Of a stretch of 49,504 nt of DNA, positions 1-12,868 are shown piece after piece. Each line of letters opens with the position of its first letter. Positions within the stretch are counted from its first letter, which is position 1. Source of the stretch: Guillardia theta CCMP2712 (lineage: Eukaryota; Protista; Cryptophyta); NCBI RefSeq assembly GCF_000315625.1, contig NW_005434647.1, positions 1-49,504 on the forward strand. The letters are read 5' to 3'. Both the position numbers and the translations under genes were made by a program. The notes under the pieces are model-generated. The model had not been told where the DNA came from. It saw only the letters and a program-made list of their open reading frames with translations, and did not search any database.

Positions 1-96
1 GCTCCTCGCTCCTCTTACCACCCACCATCTCCTGATCCTCCTCCTCCTGCTCCTCGCTCCTGCTCCTCCTCCTCCTCCTCCTCCTCCTCCTGTCAC

Positions 97-111
97 CTGC
101 AGCTTGTCCAT
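97..111 (-). CDS. Possible first exon (MDKLQ) of a minus-strand gene running off the left end
   Basis: ATG GAC AAG CTG CAG followed by GT donor (gtgacagg) and a (GGA)n-rich intron-like tract, like other introns here; very short, so uncertain. Confidence 0.3.
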
Positions 112-164
112 GGTGACTGGACAAGGAAAACTCATCCCCCTCAGCTTCATTTTGAATTAGTCAA

Positions 165-630
165 CCACTGTACTCAGAGTCAACCGGCCGGGCCGCACCG
201 CCCGGCCCGGCGGGGGCCCAGGCTGAACTGAACCGTTCCCGGAGTACCGTACTACGGTCCGGCGGGAAGTTCGTCGGAAGGCTCGGCGGGCCCGGCGGGC
301 CTGGCCGCGCGACACTGCCGCAGTCCGGACCGTGATCGCCGGGACTCCGGGACACGGTCAGCCGGTCAGGAGTACGGTACGCGGCCAGCCACCGGGCCGG
401 AAAACGGCCGGGGGGCGGCGCCGGGGGGGTGTCGGGCCCAGCCGTCACTAGTATCAGCTTCAAGTCAATCATCCGAGTGAATGGCATGCCGCCCGGTCAC
501 CCGGCTCGGGCCCGGCCGCGGCGTAACCGGAGGTACATACTCAGGGTACGTCGTCGGTACGCCGCCGGGCCCACCCCGGCCCGACTCCGGTGACCGGGCC
601 CGCGGGCCGCCCCACCGTGACGGCGTCTGG
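165..630. other. GC-rich palindrome-dense intergenic block (class GC, copy 1)
   Basis: Dense CCGG, GGCC, GTAC, GACTC/GAGTC, GTCAC/GTGAC, CTCAG; shared words AGTACCGTAC (243-252), CACTGCCGCAGT (313-324), GCTTCAAGTCAA (457-468). Confidence 0.7.
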
Positions 631-699
631 TTTAGATCAGGCGGGGTTTAGTTAGCCCTTCTGTTTCTATCGGTGGCGGGGAACCGGGTAAAGTCAAGT

Positions 700-1100
700 T
701 CCGTACCCACCCACCCTTCTGAATCCTTTTGACCACCCCACCCTACAACTGATCTGGCTCAGTCGGGCCGACCGTGACACTGCAGAACCCCTCCACCCTC
801 CGGGTTGGACCCTACTGTCCGGGGAGACTTCCTACAACACCGTCACCACCCCTCCCTCATGCCATGTGGCTCCTCTACCCCCACCCCCTCTTGGCCCTTG
901 TCCCGGCGCCGGATGACTGAAGTGGACCGAGGTAGGCGATTCCTTTTCAGACCCACCCTACCCCTACCCCCGAGCCGATGCTTGGACTACCCCTTGAACA
1001 CTACACCTCGGAGTACCCCTGTTTTTAACCGTAACATAACTACCACCGGTACTATTCATCTACTACGACTACCCTCTCCTCGTCCCTGTTTGCATTTTAC
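700..1100. promoter_or_regulatory. TACCCC/ACCACCC-rich strand-biased block upstream of the kinase gene
   Basis: Repeated taccc/acccc words, ACCGGTAC at 1045-1052; lies in a divergent intergenic region; regulatory role is inferred. Confidence 0.5.
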
Positions 1101-1129
1101 CGTCATGTTACCGTCCGAGACGCTTCCTC

Positions 1130-1225
1130 GCGCCTCCTGCTCCTGTCGTGGCTCCTCCTGCTCCTGCTCCTGCTCCTGCTCCTTCTCCTCCTGCTCCTGC
1201 TCCTGCTCCTGCTCCTCCTGCTCCT
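1130..1225 (+). repeat. (CTCCTG)n microsatellite
   Basis: Direct reading; generates spurious SCSC/PAPA ORFs. Confidence 0.9.
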
Positions 1226-1817
1226 CAGTCCATTATCCTCTTACCCGGCCCTTCTTTGCCTTCTCGTATGGCCTCTACCTCGTCATCGCATCATGTTCAT
1301 CCGCTCCAGTCTTTCCTTCCTCCTCGTTTCCTCCTCTTTGGCTTCGTCCATGTGCCTCCTGCTCTGATCCTCGGCCTCCATCCAACGACTCGTCACTCTC
1401 ATCACTTCCCTTACAGTCATCCACACTCGTGTCCCTCGCTCGCCCCTCACCTGCTGCCTGCTTCGCTTGCCAACCCATGGGATCCCCCACAGGCGCAAGA
1501 GCTGAACCTGCGAGGGCTGCCGATGATCTCATGCTTCCTCACCCCTCTCAACCTCCTGCTGCTTCAACAATGTTTCTCTGCCTTCTTCTTCCGGTTCATC
1601 TGTTATGGACTCGACTGGTCATAATGTTGCATACCTTGGCAGTGACTTGGGTTGCAGGAATGAATTCGATTGAACGTATGAAGTTTGTTTGCGCATGTCA
1701 GGTCGATTGAACTTCTAGACCGAAATCAGTGCAGGTTGCGACCTCATCGCTTTTCACTCCGTCCACCTCTGAGAGGCTTCCCAACCTGCGCTAGTTCCTT
1801 GCACCCGACGGCAGGAG

Positions 1818-4800
1818 ATGCAGTTCACTCGCAGCTGCTCATACGAGGACCCCGGGTTCCAGGGGTTCTGCTGGGCCGGAGGAAGAGGAGCGTCGAGAGA
1901 GGTCAGGATGGTCTTGAGCTTCGGGGCCGATGGGATGATGAGGGGGCACGGCCATGACTCCAACGGCTCTTTCAATGTCACCGGTCAGTTCAACGCGAAG
2001 CAAGCTGAATTCGTGGTGTCATATGACAACCCGTTGGTGGGGAAACAAACCTTCAAAGGTCTGAGAAAGAGCGACATGTCTATCAGCGGCAAGTGGTTTG
2101 TGCAAGACGGGACATCCGGCGATTTCCACTTCTTCCATCCTGACAGCGACAAGCGGTTCCCTCCCTCCTATGAGAAAGACCGGCTCCAAATCTATCAGGT
2201 TCTGAACCGGATCGCGACGGGGGGTTTCGGGACAGTGAGCAGAGTGTTGCGGGTGTTTGACGGGAAGATTTTAGTGTGGAAGGAGCTGAACTACTCGAGG
2301 ATGAACAAGAAGGAGAGGAGGATGATGATCACCGAGGTGAATATCCTGCGGGAGGTTGACCATGCGCACGTGGTGAAGTACTACGACACGATCATCTTGC
2401 GAGACGAGCAGAAGATCTACATCATCATCGAGTACTGCTCCAACGGAGACGTGGGCGCCATGATCGACCGCTGCAAGTCGAAGAAGTCTCGGATGGAAGA
2501 GGCTTTCATCTGGCGGGTCTTGTCGCAGATTCTTCAGGCCTTGCAGTCTTGTCACAATCGTGAGGAGATCATCCTTCACCGCGACCTCAAGCCTGCCAAC
2601 ATCCTCCTCGACGACGCTTACATGGTCAAAGTCGCTGACTTCGGGCTGGCTGCTGTTGTCAACTCCGACTCCATCGCGAGCTCCAAAGTCGGGACGCCGC
2701 TGTACATGTCGCCCGAGCAGATCTCGGGGGCAGGCTACACGGCTAAGTCAGACATCTGGTCGTTGGGGTGCATCGTCTACGAGATTGCTGCTCTTCGCCC
2801 GCCCTTCGACGCTCAGAACCAGATGGAGCTCGCTCACTTCATCCGCGAGGGAAAGTTCTCCCGCATCCCCGACCTCTACTCCCCCGACCTCCACCGCGTC
2901 ATCTGCTGGATGCTCCAGCAGGCCCCCAAGAGCCGCCCGTCCGCCGACGAGCTGCTCTCCTACATGCAGCGGCTGGACGTGGGCAGGGCCTCGCCCGTGA
3001 GCAGCCCCAACGTGAAGGGCAGCAGCTCCTACTTCGAGAGCTTCCACCACATCTCCTCTGCCAGATTCTCCGGCCAAGACGTGAAGAGGACGCCCGACCA
3101 AAACTACGGCTGGCAGCGACAGGAGCGAAGCGAGGAGCTGGTGGAAGAGCTGGAGGGGATCAAACTTGCCTTGCGGAACCAGGAGTACTTGGTTCACTCG
3201 GTAGACGTGGAGGCGGTAGAGATGAAGGGAGGAAGCGTGCTAGTGGGAGATGAGGTGAAGGCCATCCAAGGGCGAGAGATTTCAGGGTGGAGGCCGGAGG
3301 CACTGAAGCAGTACATCAGAGCCATGAGGAAGGAACTCAAGGGAGGAGGCGAGCTCTCCCTCTGCCTCCTCCGCCAGTCGCACTTGGGCGGGGCTGCGTT
3401 TGTGATCACCAACGTGACCGTCAAGGACTTGCAGCACCAGGGGGAGCATGGCGCGCTCGATGGAATCAGGAGAGATGGCTGGAGTGCGGAGGGCAGGACG
3501 GAGGGGAAGAATCACTCGCAGGAGGGGCTCCTCCTCCCCTCCCAGCTCCGACCTGACGTCGGGCTCGGATCGCCCACCCGCCAGCAGGTTTGAGCTGCGC
3601 CGGCAGTGGAGGAGGAGATGAAGGTTGTGGCAGGTTCCTCTCGTCCCCAAGTTGTTGCTGGACGGCATCGGGAGTGAAGGAGGGAGCAGAGAGAACAGAA
3701 GTGCTCGGGAGGTCAAGTCACCGTCGTCGATGCATGTGATGCCTGAGTCCGTCTGGCAGCCCTCTGACCTTGTTTCAGCAACAACGCGTTCACCTCACCA
3801 GCACCAACCCGCTGCACAACCTCATCTCCCCGAGGTTCCTCGAGGTCAGCTGCTTCCGCATGGAGGATGCAACTGACGTCGCTCGCAGGAGAGACCCCGC
3901 AAGCTCATCTCGCCCGTGCACAGGGAGAGCAACGGTCATCATCTCGCCGTGTTGGAGGTAACCTTGCTCTCTTGCCTCCTCGACCTGAAGCCTCTACAGG
4001 AGAAGCATGCCGAGGCCCTGAGCTACGACGTGAGACTCCCCCTCAAGCCCTCAAGCCTCTCCCTCAAGCCTCTCCCTCATGCCTCTCCCTCAAGCCTCTC
4101 CCTCAAGCCTCTCCCTTTCTCTCCCCCCCTCAAGCCTCTCCCTTTCTCTCCCTCCCTCTGCCATTCACTCATCTACTCTTCTCACGCTCTTGTAGTTATC
4201 AGCCCCCAGGGGCAACCCGCTTGGAGTGCAACCTGCTCAGCGATACGGAAACAGGTCAACGAGGAGGAGGGAGGAGGTTGAGGACAAGAGGTGGGGGGCC
4301 GAGGAGGAGGAGCCGGAAGAGAAAGCCTGTTGCTTAGGCTGTCTCAGGACCTCGCACGTTCACTCCGAGCACGTGCCTCTCAACGGTGAGGACCCGATAA
4401 GCGAGTCTGCCATGACTCCTTGAAGCAGATCAAGCGGAGCGACAAGCGGAGCGACAAGCGGCTTGTCCTCCTTCAGTGCAAGTCTGCGCCAACGCCTCAC
4501 TCCTCTCGTTGACTGATTCAGCAGATGACAAGCGAAAGTGACGCGACGGTTGAGGAACTGAAGGCATGGGAGACTCGCCTGAGGAGTTGGGAAGAAGCTC
4601 TCAAGAAGAAAGACGAGGAGGTTGCAGCCCTCGACCATAGCTTCACTTCTCCTCCACTTTGTTTCCTCTTCACGCACTCACTGGTTTACAGTTGCAGCAA
4701 CAAGAAAAATCGCTCAACGCCAAGTTGGAGGAGGCGGTGCAGGCAAGCGCCACGGCGGGAGGGAGAAACTCGTCTGACGCTCCGGCAGGCTCGAAGGAGG

Positions 4801-4982
4801 GAGAGGGAGCTGTTGGCCGCCCTGGACAGGAGAAACGCGGGTAAGGACAAGGAGAGGAGAGGCTGCTGCGGCTCTGACGCATCGCAGAGCTACAGCACGT
4901 GCGAGATGCGTTGTTCAAGGTGGTGGAGAAGGGTCTCCCTCCCTCGGAGTCTCTTGTTGTCGGCAACGTGCAGGTCCGCTAG
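1818..4982 (+). CDS. NIMA-related Ser/Thr kinase (NEK2-like) with N-terminal beta-rich domain, PDZ-like segment and multi-exon coiled-coil tail
   Basis: GGFGTV, LVWKELNY (NEK2-type), HRDLKPANILL, DFGLA, VGTPLYMSPE, SDIWSLG; long exon 1818-3587 then GT-AG-bounded exons (VPLVPKLL.., ELKAWETRLRSWEEALKKK.., ELQHVRDALFK) to TAG ~4982; 5' end may extend upstream. Confidence 0.85.
4019..4150 (+). repeat. Intronic degenerate tandem repeat of CCCTCAAGCCTCT-like units
   Basis: About 6 copies of ccctcaagcc(tct) visible. Confidence 0.75.
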
Positions 4983-5144
4983 GTCGAGGGACATGGAGGA
5001 CAAGGGGAGTCGATTGCTCATATCACGGGCATCATTATCTTCATTATTATTATCATTATCTTAATCTTTAACACGCTTGTACTATATCTAGTAGGACATG
5101 AAAGGCGGGAGAGCTTCACCTTGTGCCTCCTCCTGCCGTCGCCT

Positions 5145-6496
5145 TCACTTGCTCCGATTGCTCTGCTTCCCGTCAGTTCCGTTTGCCGCCACCTCTCACT
5201 ACCTTGGACGGCGTCTTCTTGGGCGACCTAGAGCGGGCGGGAGACTTAGCACGAGCGGGAGACTTGGTGGCGCGAGCAGGGGATTTCCCACGGGCGGGGG
5301 ACTTGGGGCGAGCAGGGGACTTGCCACGGGCGGGGGACTTGGCCTGCGTCAGTTCAGAAGATGAAGGGGAGGAGAAGGGAAGGAGGGAGGGAGAGATGTA
5401 AGGGAGTTGTAAGGACTTGCCTTGGACGCTGGAGACTTGGCGGAGCTGCTCCTGTCCCTCGTGGTGGATCGTGACCGAGTCTCGGTAGCAGGAGGAGCCT
5501 TGCTTGGGGGAGTTCGTTCGCTGCTGGCCTCGCGCCTCACCACTTTCTGCATATAAGGATGAGGAGGGGAGTACAGTGACCCTCAGAGTCTCGCACCAGC
5601 ATCCACCAGCCCAGGAGCAGTACTCCCGCAGTAGGAAGCAGAGTGATGAGCGTGCTGTTGGAGCTCTGGGCACGAGTAAGAGAAGAGTGCGAGGTCACAA
5701 GAGGGTCTTCGTCACCTTGCCGCTGAACGCATCCTGGATGTTTTTAGCACCGGCGCCCAGGCCGACGTTGATGAAGATCATGGGGGCAGAGGCGAAGAGG
5801 GTGGCGAGGAAGTACTCCTTGAAGGAGACCTGAGTGACAGAGAAGCCGTAGCTGCACACGTAGGAGGGGAGCTGAGCTCATAGGTCAATGACAGCAGCAT
5901 CAGGGAGTGCAGTCCTTGCCGGGGAAAGACGCGCTGCCAGCACAAGCTGCCAACCAGACTGGGAAGTGGAGTCTACGATGGATCTGTAGAGCAAGGAGGT
6001 GACTTGACAGCCCGAGGGAGGAGCTTGAAAGACGTTGAGCTACCTGAAAGTCTCGTTCTTCTTCACAAAGTTCGCGACCCATTCGGAGAGTAGCGAGCGA
6101 CCCAGCCAGAAGCATGCGGAGGCCGCGAGGTTCTTGGCGATCAAGATAGCGATGACTCCGAAGTAGATCTTGAAGATGTAGCTGCAACATGGTAAACACA
6201 AACGCCAGCCGCAGTAGGTGTGTATACCCGACAAAGAGCTCCACGAACCATGAGCCGGGGAAGAAGAAGACGATGAAGAAGAAGTCGAGGATGATGATCC
6301 CAGCGAGGCCGAGCACCTTGTTCTGCTTGAACCATTCCTCCTGTGCAGCTAGCTGGGCCTTCATGTCCCATGACTGACCGGAGCGGCTGACGAGGAGCAG
6401 CAGGAGGACGACACAGCATGGGATGAGGATCTTGGCGTTGTTCTTCAGCATTTGAAGCATCTTCAGCGCCTGACAAACCAGAGTCAGAGACTTCAT
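5145..6496 (-). CDS. TVP38/TMEM64 (SNARE-associated Golgi, DedA/VTT family) membrane protein with basic KSPAR-repeat tail
   Basis: FFFPGSWFVELFVG-YIF..G, AASACFWLGR, ARLSP-LPSYVCSYGFSVTQVSFKEYFLAT motifs after splicing; last exon SNRSK* 5145-5162; start codon uncertain. Confidence 0.8.
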
Positions 6497-7019
6497 GCCA
6501 TCAAAGGAAACTCTTCATCCAACGTGAATAGACCATTCTCGAGTGTGCATCTCCAATCTGCCTATACTTTGACTCATAACTCATATCTGCAAACATGTGT
6601 TCTCATACAATCCACAATGAACGAAAGTTCTTAGTAGAGCATCGCATGGATATTATTTTTGTTCATGCTAATCAATTAGCCATGTGATCTATGTTTCGAG
6701 ACAAACCCCACCAGCTCGAAATAGAGTAACATTCCGGAAAACGGGTGCGAGGTGGGATGTTTTTGAAGAGGGATTATAAGGTCTGACATGCTCTCAACCA
6801 AGAGCAAACAGCACAGGATATGTATCGGCGATCATTTCTCTGGCATGCTGCATCGCTGCTTGGAGACAGCAGCCATAGCGGCTCGTCCCTCACCACTTCC
6901 ACCATGCCCGTCACTAGTCGCCTCTCCTGCCCTTCAAGTCCCGCCCCCCGACTTGAATTCAAATCTCCGACTTGCGACCGCATAGTCCCGTATCATTACT
7001 CAAACTTAAGTTAAATCAT

Positions 7020-7560
7020 AGTACCGTACAGTACTACCACCCCCGGGTGATCGTGTCCGGACTTGCGCGGCCGGACCGTCCGGCGCGGCCGCTCCGGTCG
7101 GAGGCTCCCGAGCTCCGACCCGCCGGGGCCGGCGGGCCGGACCGTCCGGGGACTCGAGGCGGCTTCGACCGTACCCGGCCCGCCGCCGGGGCCTCCCGGT
7201 GACGACGGTCCGATCGGACTCCAGTGCTGCGGCCCGGTGCCCGGCCAGTGCGCCGCACGCGGCCCCGCGGCACCGCGCCCGGGGCCGCGGGGCGGCCGGC
7301 CCCGACAACAGGCAGCGCCAGTGCAGTCACGGGCCGTGCAGCACACTCGGAGTGGGGGCCCAGCCCGGCCCGGCGCGGGCGGGCCAACTTAGTTTGTGAC
7401 TGACCGTTCTCACTGCCGCAGTGCGGCCTGTGCGTACGGTCGGCGTGAGGACTCGGGTGACCGTATCCCGGGCCATCGCCGGACTCGATGATCACCGTGA
7501 CTGATCAGTGGACCGTCACGGCGAGGCGTCTCCGTCCCTCACTGTGACGTCGGGTGCCGG
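7020..7560. other. GC-rich palindrome-dense block (class GC, copy 2a)
   Basis: AGTACCGTAC 7020-7029, TCACTGCCGCAGTGCG 7410-7425, many CCGG/GGCC/GACTC/GTGAC/GATC. Confidence 0.7.
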
Positions 7561-7714
7561 ATCGGCGTTTGCAGGTCTGGAGATGATGTGCAGCAACGGA
7601 GGGATCGAGCTCGCGCTGACATCCATCACATTGGATTTACTGGCAGAAGGTAAAAAGTGCCTCAAGCAAAACAAAGCAGGAACAACCTAAACCTCCTGGC
7701 ACACAGCGCACAGC

Positions 7715-8220
7715 GAGAAGCTGCACAATCACACACAAAACACAAGCGGCCCGAAAACAACCAGCACTGCTGGCACCCAGACGCGGCATCGCCAGCCCAA
7801 GCGCGAAGCCGCGCAGACAAGCAGCCTAAGGGTCAAGCAATCAAGCAACAAGCAGCAGGAGCATGCAGGAGGAATACAATCCCTTAGACGCGATACCCGG
7901 AGGCAGCCGACGCCGCCGTCGGACGGAGAAAAGGGCAGCCGCCGACAAGGAGCCGGCGTTGCCCGGGGGTCCGCCTGGGGCAGCGGACGGAGGGAGGCTG
8001 GTCTTCAGAGCGTCATCGATACAGTCGGGGATCCTCGCTCTCGACCCTCCTAGCGCCTGTTGCCTCGGAACTTCAAGTTGAAGTTGGCCCTTCCTGCTTG
8101 TCTGCGCGGCTTCCGAAGTTCGCGCGTGGGCTGGCGGTGGCGCGGCCGGGTCTGCTAACAGTTGCCAGCCGTGCTGGTTACAGGCTGGTCTTGTTTTGTT
8201 GTGTGTGAGTAAAACTTCTC
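7715..8220. repeat. Long imperfect inverted repeat (foldback, ~500 bp)
   Basis: 20-bp perfect arm match 7805-7824 vs 8094-8113; further matches TCACACACAA/TTGTGTGTGA, AACCAGCAC/GTGCTGGTT, CGCCAGCCCA/TGGGCTGGCG; central hairpin ~7933-7964. Confidence 0.85.
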
Positions 8221-8229
8221 TGCCGCTCA

Positions 8230-8660
8230 GGAAAATGAGCGAAGGGCGCCCGGCGGGCGCCCGCGGCCCGGCAGCCCGGGCCGCTCAGCGGCTGAGGCTG
8301 GCAGGCCCGGCCGCGGCCTGTACGGAGTCAGGCTCCGAGGTCCGAGGGAGGCTCGCCGCCGAGTACGGTCGACGGTTACTCTCGCCCGGCCGCGCCCGGC
8401 CCGTGACTCGGAGGGCCGGGCCGCGGCCGCTTCCGATAAGAACGGCCCGGCGGTGCCAGACGGTGCCTGAGTTTTGGCGCCGGCAGTCACGGATCGGATC
8501 GCGGCCGATGATCTGATGAGTTATGCCCGCCGCACCGGGGTGCCCCGGGCCGGGGGCCCCTGGTTGATATCATGATCCAAGTCAGTGACTCTGTGATCAT
8601 AGTCGCCGACGCCGGTCCTCAACAGGGCCGGGCCGCGCGCCGTTCGAGTCCGACAGGTTT
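8230..8660. other. GC-rich palindrome-dense block (class GC, copy 2b)
   Basis: CGCCGAGTACGGTC 8357-8370 (also at 26944-26957), CCGG/GGCC/GAGTC/GATC/CTCAG density. Confidence 0.7.
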
Positions 8661-8759
8661 CACGTACTGATTTTTAACTTAACTTTGAGTAAAGAAGTTT
8701 CATCTTTTCCGAGCTTGTTTAAGTGTCGCGGACGTTTTTTCCCAACGGCCGCCTACGCC

Positions 8760-9010
8760 CGTCACACCTGACCACCCCACCCCCACAATGAGGCGATCCA
8801 CCCCACTACTTTCCTTTCCTTCCTTTAGATGCCTAGTCACCCTTGATTAAACCCCCACTACCCCTAGTGAAACACCTACCCCCTGGAGAAATCACGACGG
8901 CCTCGAAAGTACCCCTACTTGATAGCGATTTCACTGTAGAAATACACCCCTTCGGACAGGTTGTCCTTCACTCCACCCCTGTTGATTGATCACCCCTACC
9001 CCATGGGTGT
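8760..9010. promoter_or_regulatory. TACCCC-rich block upstream of DAHP synthase
   Basis: accacccc, ctacccc, gtacccc words on + strand. Confidence 0.5.
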
Positions 9011-9044
9011 TCTAAGTCCGCTAACATCCACGTCCTCGTGCACA

Positions 9045-10737
<1,693 letters not shown>

Positions 10738-10897
10738 ATCTCATATTATTCTATTCCTACGTTTACTCTTTGATCCGGACGGAGTTTCGTGAAGCGAACT
10801 TTGGTCCCACGAAAATTATCAAAATTGGAATTGCGTGCTATCCACATCAAGCATCTAAATTGAAACGTCCTCTGATCACAGCAGCCTTGTTACATTT

Positions 10898-11970
10898 TCA
10901 AGAGCTTCCAACTTCATTCAGAAGTGAATACACACATGCGTAGTTTTGAAAGACTCTTGGCAGGGGATTCTGAGAAGGTACATGATCTTCTTGCTGGTTG
11001 TGAGACAGCTTGTAATCAAGATCCACATGATTGCATATTGCCAAAGCTTGACTTGCATCAGATGATCGTGGTTTTTGACTGGAAATTTCGACCAAAGGCG
11101 CAAGCACAGGTGCTTCAGTCTGTGTAGAGCAATCTTGCGTTTGGACTTGTGCTTGGCAAGATACTGCCAAAGCTGTGGTCTTGATTGGTTCGTCAAAAAT
11201 TTTGGATACCTGAACATGAACTTGCTTGCTATTTTGATTGTAGTCCGACACATTGTTGATTCTTAAGTAGGAGGAAGCCTTTTGGTCCTCATCTGCGACC
11301 ACCCGTTTAGAAATTTTGTTGAAAACGGTACTTATCGATGCCCCATGATTGATGTCATTACATTCTTGATCCCCCCCCCATTCGAAACAAGCTGTCTTCA
11401 ACCTCCTTTCTGGTAATGGTCGCTCTAATGGCAACGTTGTAGGTTTACGGAGTTCAGTTGTCTCCGGATCGAAGCTACGCTCGCGTAAAACAGGAAGACG
11501 TGAGTATTTTTTCTGTAGGAAAACGCTTTCGTCATTGACCTCCTTCATGTTTGACATGACATCTTTTTCTTGCAGGATACCCATGGAAGAGATCAAATCG
11601 CACTGCGAGAGCAAGAAAGTTTTCTGAATTTCCGAATTGTCACAAATCTGGTTCCCGGCATAAGGTGATTTCGACTGAGGAATCAAAGTATTTGAAGCAG
11701 CCCCATTACTGCAGTAATAGTTTTGCTTTTGCAAGTCCAAGGAAGCATGCAAACTCATTGATTGCATGTCGGTGGTGTGGTTGAAGACAGGGGTGAGATG
11801 GCTTGAAATGTTACGGAAAAAGCTTTTCTGAGTTTCCAGCTATCAACGAAAGAGTTTAGCAAAGAGGCCAAAATCGAGTTCTTTACCTGTTCTTGCTTGT
11901 GAGAAGATTTTAATTTCTTGACTTTGCCACCTACTCCCCTTGCGCCTCCCATCCAGTGAAAAGTGGACAT
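10898..11970 (-). CDS. Uncharacterised largely disordered protein with N-terminal WMGG-R..K..Q..QK.FF motif, possibly HEIP1/REDIC1(C12orf40)-like
   Basis: Exon 1 11970-11887 ([28 protein letters not shown]), 47-nt GT-AG intron 11886-11840, then in frame into the 289-aa ORF ([10 protein letters not shown]...). Confidence 0.6.
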
Positions 11971-12219
11971 CACAAGGAATGCTATACAGTGGAGCAAAAA
12001 TCCTGTCACAATCAATTAGAAGCGGAAGGTATGAAAGATAATCCATTTTGATCAGGAGCGAGAGGGGGAGGGAGAGAGGGAGGTGAAGGGCGGGGGATGA
12101 TTGAGCCGGCAGCATAGTTGGTTGCACTAAAGTTTGTGGCCTAAAAAAGGCGGGAGGGTCAATACAACTGGAAGCCCCGCATCCCCACTGCACCATCTCC
12201 AGATGCAATAATAACCTGC

Positions 12220-12520
12220 CCGTACTAATAATTTTAGAGCAATACCCTACTGGCTTCGAATAGAGATAATAATAATACCCCCTCCTTCTATGAGCTCGCT
12301 AGTTTTACCTCTAAAAACCATCTCCATATAAGAAAAGGAAAAAGTAATATATCTGTACCGGAACAGAATACAAAATTATCTATCTGAAAAATATACAAAT
12401 ACAACGCTACTGCCTGAGTGAAAAACATCTTTTAAAAAATCTACTGATCTATGTTGATCGTACAGTACAAATCTCTGAATAGTTCTGGTACAAATCTCTG
12501 AATCAAAAACCCCAATTGAT
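12220..12520. other. AT-rich block (CTAAAA/TTTTAG/TACAAA words)
   Basis: Abrupt AT enrichment next to a TACCCC block. Confidence 0.5.
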
Positions 12521-12599
12521 AAGTTGTGGGGGTGAGACACCCAAGTCAAAGGTGCAAGCAGGGGCCTCTACATCGCAATTCCTCTAAGTCTCTCTCAAT

Positions 12600-12850
12600 G
12601 CCAGAAGGCATAGTCTCACCTTATCCTCCCTCCCGAGGACGATTCTTCCACCCCCACCCCTTTAATCCTAAAACCCCACCCACCACCCCTGCAATTCCAC
12701 AACCTGAATCTACTACCCTACCCTGTTTCACCCTCTATCATGACCCCTTCGGCCCAAGCGAAATTCAGCAAATTCATACCCCTACCTCACCCCACCATTC
12801 ACTCTAATCCATCCAACTACCCCCTGTTTTCTCATACCCCGCCCTCCCAT
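12600..12850. promoter_or_regulatory. TACCCC/ACCCC-rich block upstream of PP2C
   Basis: cacccccacccc, ctactacccta, taccccta words. Confidence 0.5.
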
Positions 12851-12868
12851 CACATCCACCGGGCCACC

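Noticed and set aside
805-1710. 301-aa Cys/Ser-rich and 158-aa Pro/Ala-rich ORFs (metallothionein- or extensin-like)
   Set aside because: Translations of a TACCCC block and a (CTCCTG)n microsatellite
2271-3253. Antisense and alternative-frame ORFs over the kinase (likewise over HYOU1, bestrophin and the FKBP gene)
   Set aside because: Shadow ORFs caused by high GC3 codon bias
7006-7495. Overlapping Pro/Arg/Gly/Ala-rich ORFs in the GC blocks (also 161-487, 8196-8516, 26749-27066, 42721-43236)
   Set aside because: Expected from stop-codon scarcity in very GC-rich DNA; open in many frames, no domains
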